In this document: positions 15,562 to 24,808 of the stretch, in pieces
Layout of the letters: each line of letters starts with the position of its first letter
How positions within the stretch are numbered: the stretch's first letter is position 1
From: an uncultured Clostridia bacterium
GTDB lineage: Bacteria > Bacillota > Clostridia > Christensenellales > Borkfalkiaceae
Assembly: GCA_944328665.1 (NCBI GenBank)
Contig: CALVHS010000030.1
Span: 12,951-76,950 of the forward strand
Length of the DNA stretch: 64,000 bases
Reading direction: 5' to 3'
Program-made: the position numbers and the translations under genes
Notes under the pieces: generated by a model
The model's input: the letters and a program-made list of their open reading frames with translations, nothing else
Databases searched by the model: none
What the model was told of the DNA's origin: nothing

Positions 15562-16413
15562 TCAGACGCGCAGTTTTTTGACCAGCAGAGGCACCAGCGT
15601 GATCGCGGTAAAGACGGTCACGAAATATTGCAGGAATTTATGCCACAGCACTTGTTCGGGCAAAAAGGACAAAAGAAGGTAGGGTACCGCCGCGGCGACC
15701 GCCAAAAGCAGCAGGCGTACCCCGCGTTTCCACCACTTGTCCGCGTCCGCAAAGCGGATAAAATTGTCCTCGATCAGCAGCCCCGCCGCCGTCGCCGTCG
15801 CGATCGCCGCCATTTCGAACATCGACTTTGTCTGCAGCGCGGGGATGAAGAGGGGGATGCAGGAGACGAGCGCCACGCCGAGATAGACGTACAGCCGGGC
15901 GCCGTACGCCTTTGCATAGAGCAACTGCCACAGCGCCGCCGTGCCGATGCCGACCGCAAGCCCTGCCAGCACGTCCGAGGGATAATGCACGCCGAGATAG
16001 AGGCGGGAGAGGGAGACGAGCAGGATAAAGAGGGCGCAGGGCAGGACGCGGGAGAACTTTTTCAGACGGAAAGAGAGCGCCGTAAAAAAGCTGCCCGAAG
16101 CGGTCGCGTGCCCGCTGGGGAAGGACATGTCCGGATCGAGCCCTTCTGTCAAAAAGGTGTCCGCTTTGGCGACGTCGCCCGCCGCATACGGGCGCAGGCG
16201 GCGGGCTCCGCTCTTCAGCGCCGTCGTCAGGCAGCTTGCCGAAAGTACGGTCACGATCGCCCGTTCGCCGAATTTTTTATCGAAGCAGAGATAGAGGACG
16301 GCGATGGCGCCCGCGACCACCGTCTCTTCCCCGAGCAGGCTGAAGAGGGTAAAAAAGATATCCAGTGCGCCGCAGCGCACCTTTTCCAGCGCCTGTAAGA
16401 TGAATACGTCCAT
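15562..16413 (-). CDS. PAP2-family membrane phosphatase
   Basis: The acid-phosphatase motifs KSGARRLRP, PSGH and SRLYLGVHYPSD are present in a multi-TM protein. The start is set at MDVFILQ.. (16413) because the promoter -10 lies inside the longer listed ORF. Confidence 0.85.
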   Translation of the reverse strand: MDVFILQALEKVRCGALDIFFTLFSLLGEETVVAGAIAVLYLCFDKKFGERAIVTVLSASCLTTALKSGARRLRPYAAGDVAKADTFLTEGLDPDMSFPSGHATASGSFFTALSFRLKKFSRVLPCALFILLVSLSRLYLGVHYPSDVLAGLAVGIGTAALWQLLYAKAYGARLYVYLGVALVSCIPLFIPALQTKSMFEMAAIATATAAGLLIEDNFIRFADADKWWKRGVRLLLLAVAAAVPYLLLSFLPEQVLWHKFLQYFVTVFTAITLVPLLVKKLRV

Positions 16414-16441
16414 TTTTTTGTTTCCGATGCGTGATGCCCCC

Positions 16442-16470
16442 ATTATAGCAAAAGGGGGCAAACAATGCAA
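16442..16470 (-). promoter_or_regulatory. Sigma-A-type promoter of the PAP2 gene (TTGCAT-N17-TATAAT, extended TG)
   Basis: The minus strand reads ttgcat tgtttgcccccttttgc tataat. Confidence 0.6.
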
Positions 16471-16581
16471 CATTTTAGAAAGTGTCTGCAAAATATTGAT
16501 AAAATACAGTACGCTCTTCACGAAGCGGATAAAGGCCAAATAAAAAAGCGGGCTGCGGGGAGAATATCCTTGCAGCCCGCT

Positions 16582-16609
16582 TTGCTTTTGCGCGTATTTG
16601 TGCTATAAT
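16582..16609 (+). promoter_or_regulatory. Sigma-A-type promoter (TTGCTT-N16-TGcTATAAT) ending 6 nt before the ATG at 16616
   Basis: The sequence is ttgctt ttgcgcgtatttgtgc tataat atagcc ATG. Confidence 0.5.
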
Positions 16610-16615
16610 ATAGCC

Positions 16616-16918
16616 ATGTTATCCGTTTTGGCTTCCCGTAAAGAGGGATATCGTTTTTATTTTGAACTGCGCGACGGCGGAAGGACGTTCGGGGGCGGGC
16701 TGACGGAGGCGGGGCTGTTGATCTGCGATCCCGCCTGTACGCAAAAAGAGCTGATGCTGCGCACCCTGGTCAATAAATGCAGGAACGACTTTGTTCCCGC
16801 CGTGTCCGCGCGGGACGAATGGGGGGTCGCCCTCGGCAGATTCGGGTTCGAACGGAAGGGCGAGCTGTTTTATTCTTCTTGGGACAAGCTTCGTTTGCCG
16901 CACGACTGCGGACATTGA
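16616..16918 (+). CDS. Hypothetical protein (100 aa)
   Basis: The composition looks coding (..GYRFYFELRDGG..). The competing minus-strand ORF is Arg/Pro/Gly-rich and shadow-like. The start is chosen at the first ATG, because the listed TTG at 16598 overlaps the -10. Confidence 0.55.
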   Translation: MLSVLASRKEGYRFYFELRDGGRTFGGGLTEAGLLICDPACTQKELMLRTLVNKCRNDFVPAVSARDEWGVALGRFGFERKGELFYSSWDKLRLPHDCGH

Positions 16919-16938
16919 ACGGTCGTGGGCTTTGCCGC

Positions 16939-16967
16939 TTGCAAAAAACGGCGGAGTGTGTTATACT
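16939..16967 (+). promoter_or_regulatory. Sigma-A-type promoter of fhs (TTGCAA-N17-TATACT)
   Basis: The sequence is ttgcaa aaaacggcggagtgtgt tatact gta. Confidence 0.5.
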
Positions 16968-16999
16968 GTAAAAAATAGATCGCATTGGAGGGAACGGTC

Positions 17000-18652
17000 A
17001 TGTTGAGCGATATCGAGATCGCACACAGCTGTAAAATGAAAGACATCGGCGAGATCGCCGCCTCTCTCGGCTTGCAAGAGGAGGATATCGAGCGGTACGG
17101 CAGGTATAAGGCGAAGATCTGCCTGCCTCCGCATGCAAAGAAGAGGGGAAAACTCATCCTCGTCACGGCGATCAACCCTACGGCTTCGGGCGAGGGCAAG
17201 ACGACCGTCTCCATCGGGCTTGCCGACGGCATGAAAAAGAACGGCGTCAAGGTCTGCCTCGCCCTCAGGGAGCCTTCCCTCGGGCCCGTGTTCGGCATCA
17301 AGGGGGGCGCCGCGGGCGGCGGATACGCGCAGGTCGTGCCGATGGAGGACATCAACCTGCATTTTACGGGAGATCTGCACGCCATCACGGCAGCCAACAA
17401 CCTGCTCGCCGCCGTGCTCGACAATCATTTGTTCCGCGGCAACGCGCCGGACATCGATCCGGAAAAGGTCTATTTCCGCCGCTGTCTGGACATGAACGAC
17501 CGCTCCCTGCGCAACATCACGATCGGGCGCGGAGGAGAGGGATTGGAGAGGGAAGAACATTTTGAGATCACCGCCGCCAGCGAGGTCATGGCGATCTTAT
17601 GCCTTTCCACTTCCCTGCAAGATCTAAAGCGCCGCCTCGGCAACATCATCGTCGGGGAAAACAGGAAGGGAGAATATGTCTTTGCGCGCGATTTGCACGT
17701 CGAAGGCGCCATGTGCGCCCTCTTGAAGGACGCGATCAAGCCCAATCTCGTGCAGACGCTCGAAGGCACGCCCGCCATCGTGCACGGCGGGCCGTTCGCC
17801 AACATCGCGCACGGCTGTAACAGCGTCATGGCGACGTACGCCGCCCTCTCGCTCGCCGATTATGTGGTGACGGAGGCGGGGTTCGGCGCCGATCTGGGTG
17901 CGGAAAAGTTCCTCGATACCAAGTGCCGCGTGGCGGGCATACAGCCCGACTGCGTCGTCGTCGTGGCGACGGTCAAGGCGCTCAAACTGCACGGCGGGGC
18001 GGATAAGGCAAACCTATCCGAAGAAGATCTTGCCGCGCTGCAAGCGGGGCTGCCCAATCTGTTCAAGCATATCGAAAATATCAAAAATATCTATCATAAG
18101 CCCGTCGTCGTGGCGATGAACCGCTTTGCGAGCGATACGCCCGCCGAGATCGAACTCGTCATGGAGAGCGTGCGGGCAGCGGGTGCCGAAGCCGTCTTTA
18201 CCGATGTCTTTTTGCGGGGCGGAGAAGGGGGCAGGGCGCTGGCGGAAGCGGTCGTCGCCGCCGCGGAAGAGAAGAGCGAGCTTGCCTTCGCCTATGATCT
18301 GAACGATCCCGTAGAGAAGAAGATAGAGGATATCGTCACCCGCGTTTACGGCGGGGCGGGCGTCACCTATTCGCCGGAGGCGAAGGAAAAGATCGCCGAA
18401 GCGGAGGCGCGCGGGTACGGAAAGCTGCCCGTCATCATCGCCAAGACGCAATATTCCCTCTCCGACGACGCCAAGCTCCTCGCCCGTCCCGAAGGGTTCA
18501 CCGTACACGTGCGCGACGTCATCGTCAAGGGCGGCGCAGAATTCGTGGTGGCGGTCGCGGGCAATATCATGCTGATGCCCGGCCTCGGCGCGCATCCCGC
18601 CGCCGAGCGCATCGACGTGGACGGGCAAGGGGAGATCGTGGGCCTGAGCTGA
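17000..18652 (+). CDS. fhs: Formate--tetrahydrofolate ligase
   Basis: SD ggaggg precedes the ATG. The protein begins MLSDIEIA, contains TAINPTASGEGKTT, and resembles FTHFS along its full length. Confidence 0.95.
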   Translation: MLSDIEIAHSCKMKDIGEIAASLGLQEEDIERYGRYKAKICLPPHAKKRGKLILVTAINPTASGEGKTTVSIGLADGMKKNGVKVCLALREPSLGPVFGIKGGAAGGGYAQVVPMEDINLHFTGDLHAITAANNLLAAVLDNHLFRGNAPDIDPEKVYFRRCLDMNDRSLRNITIGRGGEGLEREEHFEITAASEVMAILCLSTSLQDLKRRLGNIIVGENRKGEYVFARDLHVEGAMCALLKDAIKPNLVQTLEGTPAIVHGGPFANIAHGCNSVMATYAALSLADYVVTEAGFGADLGAEKFLDTKCRVAGIQPDCVVVVATVKALKLHGGADKANLSEEDLAALQAGLPNLFKHIENIKNIYHKPVVVAMNRFASDTPAEIELVMESVRAAGAEAVFTDVFLRGGEGGRALAEAVVAAAEEKSELAFAYDLNDPVEKKIEDIVTRVYGGAGVTYSPEAKEKIAEAEARGYGKLPVIIAKTQYSLSDDAKLLARPEGFTVHVRDVIVKGGAEFVVAVAGNIMLMPGLGAHPAAERIDVDGQGEIVGLS

Positions 18653-18749
18653 GGCGCAAAAAGCCGCCGCGGGGCGGCGGGCCGCGGCAGACGCACCCGT
18701 GCGTCTTTCGCATTCCAAAAAGAGCAATCCATTATAATCGAGGTAGACT

Positions 18750-20408
18750 ATGCCGAAGACGGAGACGTTCGCTTTGCCGGAAGCGACCAATTTTATCGAA
18801 CAGATCATCAACGAAGATATTGCCGCGGGCAAGCTGCGCCCCGAGCAGGTGCAGACGCGCTTCCCGCCCGAGCCGAACGGCTATCTGCACATCGGGCACG
18901 CCAAGAGCATGTTCGTCAATTTCGGCACGGCGCTCAAATACGGCGGCAAGTGCAACCTCTTTTTTGACGACACCAACCCTTCCAAGGAAAAGACGGAGTT
19001 CGTCGACGCGATCAAACGGGATATCCATTGGCTGGGGTATGACTGGGCGCGCGAATGTTACGCGTCCGACTTCTTCGACACCATCTACGAATTTGCCCTT
19101 CGCCTCATCCGCGAGGGCAAGGCGTTCGTGTGCGACCTTTCTCCCGAAGAGATCAAAAATACGCGCGGCACGCTGACCGAGCCGGGCACGGAAAGCCCGT
19201 ATAGGAACCGCTCTCCCGAAGAGAATCTGCGCCTCTTCGAGGAAATGAAGGAGGGAAAATATAAAGACGGGGAAAAATGCCTGCGCGCCAAGATCGACAT
19301 GGCGTCTCCCAACGTCAACCTGCGCGACCCCGTCATTTACCGCATCCTGCATGCGACCCATCACAGGACGGGGGACAAGTGGTGCATCTATCCGATGTAC
19401 GACTATGCGCATCCCATCTGCGATTATCTGCAGGGCGTCACCCATTCTCTCTGCACCCTCGAATTCGAAGATCACCGCCCCCTTTACGACTGGGTGGGGA
19501 TCTCTCTGGGGTTTGCCCCCAAGCCTCGCCAGATCGAGTTTGCGCGGCTGAACATCACCAACACCGTGATGAGCAAGCGCTATCTCAAAAAACTGGTGGA
19601 GGAGGGCTTTGTGCACGGATGGGACGACCCGCGCATGCCCACGCTTGCGGGGATGGCAAACCGCGGCGTTCCCGCGGCGGCGGTGCGCGATTTTTGTTCC
19701 CGCATCGGCATCGCCAAAGCAAATTCCGAGTGCGAATATTCCTATTTTGAGGCGTGTATCCGCGAATATTGCAACGCCCACGCCGCGCGCGCGATGGCTG
19801 TCTTAGATCCCATTCGGGTCACCCTCACCGATTACGAGGGGGAAGAGGAGACGGACTTCGACGTCAATCCGCTGGACGCGTCCGCCGGCAGGCGCAAGGT
19901 CGTGTTCGGCAAGCACCTCTACATCGACGGCGGAGACTTTGCCCTCGATCCGCCCCCCAAGTATTTTCGCCTCAAAAAGGGAGGGTACGTCCGCCTGAAA
20001 AACGCATATATCATCCGCTGCGACGACGTCGTGTTCGACGGGGAAGGCAATGTCAAGGAAGTGCTTTGTTCGTATGTTCCCGAAAGCCACAGCGGCTGCG
20101 ATACGAGCGGCATTAAGGTCAAGGGCGTCATCCAGTGGGTGAACGCGGACAGGGCGGTGCCCGCCGAGGTGCGGCAGTACGAAAGTCTTTTGAAAGACGC
20201 CGCCTATGCCGGGCAGGATTTTTCCGAGCGGATGAACGAGGAAAGTGAAAAGATCGTGCCGGCGCAGGCGGAGCCTTTCCTCGCCGCGGCGGAGGACGGG
20301 GAGGCGTTTCAGCTCCTGCGCACGGGCTATTATAAAAAATGTACGCAGGACGGCAAGCTCGTCCTGTCCGAGATCGTTTCCCTCAAGGACAATTTTAACA
20401 AAAAATGA
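18750..20408 (+). CDS. glnS: Glutamine--tRNA ligase
   Basis: A HIGH motif (PNGYLHIGHAKS), a VMSKR motif and a GlnRS-type C-terminal beta-barrel region are present. Confidence 0.93.
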   Translation: MPKTETFALPEATNFIEQIINEDIAAGKLRPEQVQTRFPPEPNGYLHIGHAKSMFVNFGTALKYGGKCNLFFDDTNPSKEKTEFVDAIKRDIHWLGYDWARECYASDFFDTIYEFALRLIREGKAFVCDLSPEEIKNTRGTLTEPGTESPYRNRSPEENLRLFEEMKEGKYKDGEKCLRAKIDMASPNVNLRDPVIYRILHATHHRTGDKWCIYPMYDYAHPICDYLQGVTHSLCTLEFEDHRPLYDWVGISLGFAPKPRQIEFARLNITNTVMSKRYLKKLVEEGFVHGWDDPRMPTLAGMANRGVPAAAVRDFCSRIGIAKANSECEYSYFEACIREYCNAHAARAMAVLDPIRVTLTDYEGEEETDFDVNPLDASAGRRKVVFGKHLYIDGGDFALDPPPKYFRLKKGGYVRLKNAYIIRCDDVVFDGEGNVKEVLCSYVPESHSGCDTSGIKVKGVIQWVNADRAVPAEVRQYESLLKDAAYAGQDFSERMNEESEKIVPAQAEPFLAAAEDGEAFQLLRTGYYKKCTQDGKLVLSEIVSLKDNFNKK

Positions 20409-20432
20409 CGCCCCGCAGGCGCCTTGCGGCAG

Positions 20433-20461
20433 TTGACGGCGCGCCCTGCGGCGTGTATAAT
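20433..20461 (+). promoter_or_regulatory. Sigma-A-type promoter (TTGACG-N17-TATAAT)
   Basis: The sequence is ttgacg gcgcgccctgcggcgtg tataat. It lies ~55 nt upstream of the GTG start at 20518. Confidence 0.55.
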
Positions 20462-20517
20462 AGAATTGCCGAATCCCGCGGGGCGCAGCCCCGCAGTATC
20501 CAACGAGGTCGTGTATC

Positions 20518-21528
20518 GTGAAGATCTGTAAGAATTGCGGACAGCAGACGGACGACGGTAAGGTACGCTGTCCTTATTGCGGCTTTTTGTTCGAGGACAA
20601 CATGGATGACGTCCTCCGCAAGATGAAAAGCACGCTGAAAAATTACAGGAAGGAAGAAAGCGCCCGCGCCGCACAGCAAAAGGCAGCCGCGCCGTCGCCG
20701 GCGGCAGCCTCTGCTCCCGCCGCGCCCGCGCGCGCAGCCGAAGGAGAACGCGCACAGGGCGCTCCGGCTGCGCGGGATCCGCGCGAACGCTTCGAACTGT
20801 TGAGCGAGGTCGCCCAGCTGAAAGGGGAGGTGCGCGTTTTGCAGGGAGAAGTGGACAGGCTGCACGGCAGCCGTCAGCCGGGGGTGCAGCCCCTGCCTTC
20901 CGCTTATCTTGTGTCGCCGCGGCACAACGCCGCGCCGCAGGCTGCGCAGGAACCCGCGCGCAGGCCTCGCCGCACGTTGAGGACGCGCAGCGTCAACCGC
21001 ATCGTGCTCTCCTTTCTCGGCGCCGTCCTGCTGGCGGTGAGCATGTGCGTGTTTTCCTTCGCCTGGGTGCGGGACATCAGCCTGGACGCCTACGGCGGCA
21101 GCATGAGCGGGTATCAGGCGCTCGTGCATCTCTTTTCGCAAGGGGATACGGGGGCGCGCGGCTTTGTCGGCGTGCTCGTCGGCATCATGCGGCACGAATA
21201 TGCCTCGAGCGAGCTGATCAACGGCATCTGCCGCGACGTCTGCCGCTTTGTCGTGCGTTGGGGCACCGCGGCGTATGCGGTCTGCCTGCTTTGCAGCCTG
21301 CCCCTCCTCGTGAGCATCGGCGGCAAGATCCGCCTCGGCATCTGGCACAGCTTTTGGGCGTGGATCTCCTTCCTCGTCTCGTTGGCAGTCTTTGCCGCGC
21401 TCTGCTGGACGTTCGGTTTTTCTTCGCTCACCGTCGCCTTTATGGTCGGGGTGGGGGCGAACCTCGTGCGGGCGGTCTTGCTCTGTTTTTACCGGCAGGA
21501 ACGTTATTACGAGGGCGGCCTGCAATGA
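20518..21528 (+). CDS. Hypothetical membrane protein with an N-terminal zinc-ribbon
   Basis: The protein has a CKNCG..x..CPYCG ribbon, a coiled/Ala-Pro-rich linker, and several C-terminal TM helices. It has a GTG start with SD gaggt. Confidence 0.7.
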   Translation: MKICKNCGQQTDDGKVRCPYCGFLFEDNMDDVLRKMKSTLKNYRKEESARAAQQKAAAPSPAAASAPAAPARAAEGERAQGAPAARDPRERFELLSEVAQLKGEVRVLQGEVDRLHGSRQPGVQPLPSAYLVSPRHNAAPQAAQEPARRPRRTLRTRSVNRIVLSFLGAVLLAVSMCVFSFAWVRDISLDAYGGSMSGYQALVHLFSQGDTGARGFVGVLVGIMRHEYASSELINGICRDVCRFVVRWGTAAYAVCLLCSLPLLVSIGGKIRLGIWHSFWAWISFLVSLAVFAALCWTFGFSSLTVAFMVGVGANLVRAVLLCFYRQERYYEGGLQ

Positions 21529-21674
21529 CCGGAAAATAAGATACGGGCGCCCCCGTGCGATGCGCGGGGGCGCCCTTTTGCCGTTTTGGCGGATCGGCAA
21601 AAATTTCCTTCTCCTTTTCGGGTATGCCTCCCGCGCGGCGGGGGCATAATAAGGGACGTAAGGAGGATGACGCC

Positions 21675-22265
21675 ATGTCGTTTGAGGGAACGAAAACTTT
21701 TACCAATCTCGCCCGTTCGTTTGCGGGGGAAAGTCAGGCGGGGATGCGATATCAGCTGATCGCAAAGCTCGCCACGGCGGAGAAGTATGCGGTGCTCGCC
21801 GATACCGTCCGCACGATCGCAAAGAACGAGACATATCATGCCAAGACGTTTTTTGATACCATTCTGCAAAAGGCGGGCAGCTGTGAAAAGATCGACCTGA
21901 ACGCGGGTTATCCGTTTCACTTCGGGACTCTGGAACAAAACCTCGCATTCGCGGCAGAAGATGAGCGCGCGGAATACGAGGAGGTCTATCCCGCTTTTGC
22001 GGAGGAGGCCGAACGGGAGGGTTTTGCCGACGTCGCGGCGTTGTTTCGCAGGGTCGCGGGGGTAGAAAAGGAGCACGGCATCGTGTTCCGCTATCTGTAT
22101 GAAGCCTTCCGCGGCGGCACCTTGTACAAGCGAGAAAAACCGACGCTTTGGGTATGCAGCGAGTGCGGTTACCGCGCCACGGCAGAAGAAGCGTGGCAGG
22201 TCTGCCCGCTGTGTAAGGCGGGACGGGGTTTCGTAGAGATACACTTACCGTTCGATACAAAATAA
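21675..22265 (+). CDS. rbr: Rubrerythrin
   Basis: SD aggagg precedes the ATG at 21675. A ferritin-like diiron domain (..GESQAGMRY.., ..E..YH..) is followed by a C-terminal rubredoxin knuckle pair CSECG...CPLC. Confidence 0.9.
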   Translation: MSFEGTKTFTNLARSFAGESQAGMRYQLIAKLATAEKYAVLADTVRTIAKNETYHAKTFFDTILQKAGSCEKIDLNAGYPFHFGTLEQNLAFAAEDERAEYEEVYPAFAEEAEREGFADVAALFRRVAGVEKEHGIVFRYLYEAFRGGTLYKREKPTLWVCSECGYRATAEEAWQVCPLCKAGRGFVEIHLPFDTK

Positions 22266-22275
22266 GGAGAAAAGC

Positions 22276-22407
22276 ATGAAAAACAACAAGACGGCTTCTT
22301 CCGCGCCCGAAAAGCAGGCGCAAAATCCCAAAAGCGCTTCGGGCGGCAAATGCTGCTCCAAGAGCACGGGCAAAGGGGCGAAAGCCTGCTCCAAGTCCAA
22401 GGAATAA
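22276..22407 (+). CDS. Candidate small protein (43 aa), Lys/Ser-rich with a KCCSKS..KACSKS motif
   Basis: It is not in the ORF track (<60 aa). A strong SD aaggaga lies 5 nt before the ATG, 10 nt after the rbr stop. Confidence 0.4.
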   Translation: MKNNKTASSAPEKQAQNPKSASGGKCCSKSTGKGAKACSKSKE

Positions 22408-22409
22408 AG

Positions 22410-22523
22410 ATGAAGGAGAAAAAAGCTCGCAAGGGGGAGATGTTCTCTCCGTATGACGAGGACGGCAGCTATACGGGCGCGCCCGAAGAGGGAAAGCCCG
22501 TGCAGGACGCCGACGATCTTTGA
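22410..22523 (+). CDS. Candidate small acidic protein (37 aa)
   Basis: It starts 2 nt after the previous stop and reads MKEKKARKGEMFSPYDEDGSYTGAPEEGKPVQDADDL. An intrinsic terminator follows directly. Confidence 0.35.
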   Translation: MKEKKARKGEMFSPYDEDGSYTGAPEEGKPVQDADDL

Positions 22524-22528
22524 TCCGT

Positions 22529-22561
22529 AAAAAATGCGCCGAGCTGACGGCGCATTTTTTT
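22529..22561. terminator. Bidirectional intrinsic terminator
   Basis: The hairpin atgcgccg-agctga-cggcgcat is flanked by A6 and T7. It sits between convergent genes. Confidence 0.8.
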
Positions 22562-22570
22562 ACGGGCGGG

Positions 22571-23422
22571 TCACCGCGTCCGTTTCAGTTTGTTTTTGAC
22601 GCTCGCGTCGTAACATAATACCGTTGCGGCGACGCCGACGTTCAGGGAATCGCACTTGCCGAGCATGGGGATGGCGACCATTTCGTACGCGCCGTCGTAC
22701 CATTCGCGGGTGATGCCGTAACGTTCGCTGCCCATGACCAACGCCGTTTTTTTGCCGTACGGCTCTTCAAAATAATATCTCTCGGCGCGCGTGTCGGCAA
22801 GATAGACGGTAAAGCCGTGCTCTTTCAGCCACGCGCGGCATTCGCCGACGCTCTCAAACGGAAAGACGGGCACGGACAGGACGGCGCCCTGGCTGCCCTT
22901 GATGAGTTTGGGGTGGGTCATGCGCACCTTGCGGTTGCACAAAAACACGCCGTCCAGCCCCGCGCCGTCCGCCATGCGCAGCATGGTGCCCACATTGCCC
23001 GGGATCTCGATGCCGTCCAAGACGAGGACGACCGCGTTTTGCGGCGGGACAAACGCCGCAAGGTCGAAGGAGGGGAGCGCCGCGAGTGCCATCAGCCCGT
23101 CGGGGCGGTCGCGTTCGGACAGCTTTTCGTATGTTTTTGCGGATACCGTATACAGGTTTTCCGCGCGCTGCGCCAATTTTTCGGCGAGGGCGGCGGCTTC
23201 GCTCGTGCGGATGTGTTCCGGGCAGAGGATGAGCGAATCGATGTGCGTGCGGAACTGTTCGCACATCTTCAGGATCCAGATCCCCTCCGCTACGAACAAT
23301 TTATGAGGGTTGGGCTTAGAGTTGGACAAGATGCCTTTGACCTGCTTGATCTTGGGGTTTTGTTCGCCGATCGCGAGGAAACCGTGCGCGGCGAGCACTT
23401 CTTCGATGGTATTCATAGGCAA
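22571..23422 (-). CDS. TrmH/SpoU-family RNA 2'-O-methyltransferase
   Basis: SpoU motifs are present (LDGIEIPGNVGTMLRMADGAG, SLNVGVAATV), along with an N-terminal substrate-binding-like domain. Confidence 0.88.
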   Translation of the reverse strand: MPMNTIEEVLAAHGFLAIGEQNPKIKQVKGILSNSKPNPHKLFVAEGIWILKMCEQFRTHIDSLILCPEHIRTSEAAALAEKLAQRAENLYTVSAKTYEKLSERDRPDGLMALAALPSFDLAAFVPPQNAVVLVLDGIEIPGNVGTMLRMADGAGLDGVFLCNRKVRMTHPKLIKGSQGAVLSVPVFPFESVGECRAWLKEHGFTVYLADTRAERYYFEEPYGKKTALVMGSERYGITREWYDGAYEMVAIPMLGKCDSLNVGVAATVLCYDASVKNKLKRTR

Positions 23423-23598
23423 ATACTAACAGATTTTTCCGCCGTTGTCAAGCCGTCGCGCTGCGGCATACGATGAAACGGGGCGGGGCGCACGCGTTTG
23501 TAAAATTTTGGTAAAGAAAGGGTGAAAAGGCGGAACGGCGGTTGAGATATTGTGCGCGGTATGGTATAATGGCGGAAAATTTCGTGCGAGGAGGGAAC

Positions 23599-24285
23599 AT
23601 GGAAGTACGGGAAAAGAAAGAAGGCGTATCCGCCGAGGGCGCGGATAAGGCCCGCAAGCGCGGCATTTTTGCCGTAAAAATATTTCAATACCGCCTCGTC
23701 ACCCTCTTTTTGCTGATGATCGTGATGTCTTTTGCGGGATTTGTGGTGGAAAACCTGTTCCGTCTTTTCCGTGACGGCGTGCTGAACAGCCGCCGGCAGA
23801 TCCTGCCCTTTTTGTTCGCTTACGGCATCGCCGTGTTTGCCATGTATGTGGCGATCGGCACGCCGAAGGAGATGCGCTTTTTCTGCTGGCGCATTTTCAG
23901 GAAGGAGAGCAAACTTTCGGCGGCGGCAAAGTATGTCTGCTATTTCCTCATCCTCTTCGCCTTCATCTTTTTTGGGGAGGTGCTTTTCGGCAGCTTTGTG
24001 GAATGGGTGTCCGGCGTGGTGCTTTGGGATTACACGGGCATCCCGCTGTGTTTTACAAAATACACGAGCGTGCCCACCGCGCTGGGACTGTCGGCGGGGG
24101 TCATGCTCTTTATGCGCTTCGTGTTTGAGCCGTTGATGAAAAAACTCGACCGCATCCCCGACAAGGTGCTGTTGGGGCTGGACATCGGGCTGGGGGTGCC
24201 CGTCGTCGCCGACTGGATCGCGATGCTCGTCCTGATGTTCGGCTTCGGCATCTCTGAAAATTGGTGGTCCATTCGGGTTTGGTGA
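23599..24285 (+). CDS. Multi-pass membrane protein, DUF1113 / putative ABC-transporter type IV-like
   Basis: SD gaggaggg precedes the ATG at 23599. The protein has several TM helices and the family-typical W.WDY(T/S)..P motif (VLWDYTGIPL). Confidence 0.7.
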   Translation: MEVREKKEGVSAEGADKARKRGIFAVKIFQYRLVTLFLLMIVMSFAGFVVENLFRLFRDGVLNSRRQILPFLFAYGIAVFAMYVAIGTPKEMRFFCWRIFRKESKLSAAAKYVCYFLILFAFIFFGEVLFGSFVEWVSGVVLWDYTGIPLCFTKYTSVPTALGLSAGVMLFMRFVFEPLMKKLDRIPDKVLLGLDIGLGVPVVADWIAMLVLMFGFGISENWWSIRVW

Positions 24286-24304
24286 GCGGGCGTTCCCCGA
24301 TCCG

Positions 24305-24333
24305 TCATAACTTTTCAATCTTCGACATAGACT
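24305..24333 (+). promoter_or_regulatory. Mother-cell (sigma-E-like) promoter candidate for spoIIID
   Basis: The sequence is tCATAAc-N14-CATAGACT, compared with the recalled consensus kmATATT-N14-CATACAhT. Confidence 0.35.
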
Positions 24334-24364
24334 ATAACATCGCGGAAAAAGCGGGGGGATATCT

Positions 24365-24619
24365 ATGTGGGAGTATATGGAACGGCGGGCGGTGCGCTCG
24401 GCAGAATATATCTTGGAGACGGGCGGGACGGTCAGGGATTGCGCCTCGCATTTCGGCGTCAGCAAATCGACTGTACATAAGGACGTATCCGAGCGGCTCG
24501 CCGCGATCGATCCCTCTCTCTTTTGCGAAGTGCGGCGGGTCTTGGAAAAAAATCTTGCCGAGCGGCACATCCGCGGCGGGGACGCGACACGCCGCAAATA
24601 CCGCGGCGAAAAAAAATAG
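24365..24619 (+). CDS. spoIIID: Sporulation transcriptional regulator SpoIIID
   Basis: The HTH FGVSKSTVHKD, the ERHIRGG..AT motif and the ~84-aa size parallel B. subtilis SpoIIID. Confidence 0.9.
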   Translation: MWEYMERRAVRSAEYILETGGTVRDCASHFGVSKSTVHKDVSERLAAIDPSLFCEVRRVLEKNLAERHIRGGDATRRKYRGEKK

Positions 24620-24625
24620 TCGTCC

Positions 24626-24653
24626 CGGCGGGCAGGCATTGCCCGCCGTTTTC
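24626..24653 (+). terminator. Intrinsic terminator after spoIIID
   Basis: The hairpin cggcgggca-ggcat-tgcccgccg is followed by tttt. Confidence 0.7.
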
Positions 24654-24715
24654 CTGTATCGGCGTAAATTTCCGACCCCTTTGCGCGGCGGGCGCCCCTC
24701 AGATTCTTGTCAAAT

Positions 24716-24744
24716 TTTTTCAAGTGTGTTAAAATAGATAAAAT
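24716..24744 (+). promoter_or_regulatory. Sigma-A-type promoter (TTGTCA-N17-TAAAAT)
   Basis: The sequence is ttgtca aattttttcaagtgtgt taaaat. It lies ~65 nt upstream of the ATG at 24809. Confidence 0.55.
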
Positions 24745-24808
24745 CATACGGCAAGGCGCTTTTTTTGCTTTGTTTAGTTCAGTTTATTGACAAAAGAGGG
24801 CGGTTGTT

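Noticed and set aside
16547-16581. The hairpin agcgggctgc-15 nt-gcagcccgct, flanked by A6 and a T-rich tail, as a terminator.
   Set aside because: No convergent gene ends here on either strand. It sits upstream of the PAP2 promoter and abuts the promoter at 16582, and its 3' T-rich tail runs into that promoter's -35. Its function is unclear, so I did not call it as a feature.
18661-18706. Two GC hairpins after fhs (gccgccgc..gcggcgg and agacgcac-cc-gtgcgtct) as terminators, and a TATAAT at 18733-18738 as a glnS promoter.
   Set aside because: No U-run follows either hairpin. The TATAAT has no acceptable -35 and would leave a 4-5-nt UTR that cuts through the SD. Co-transcription of fhs and glnS cannot be excluded.
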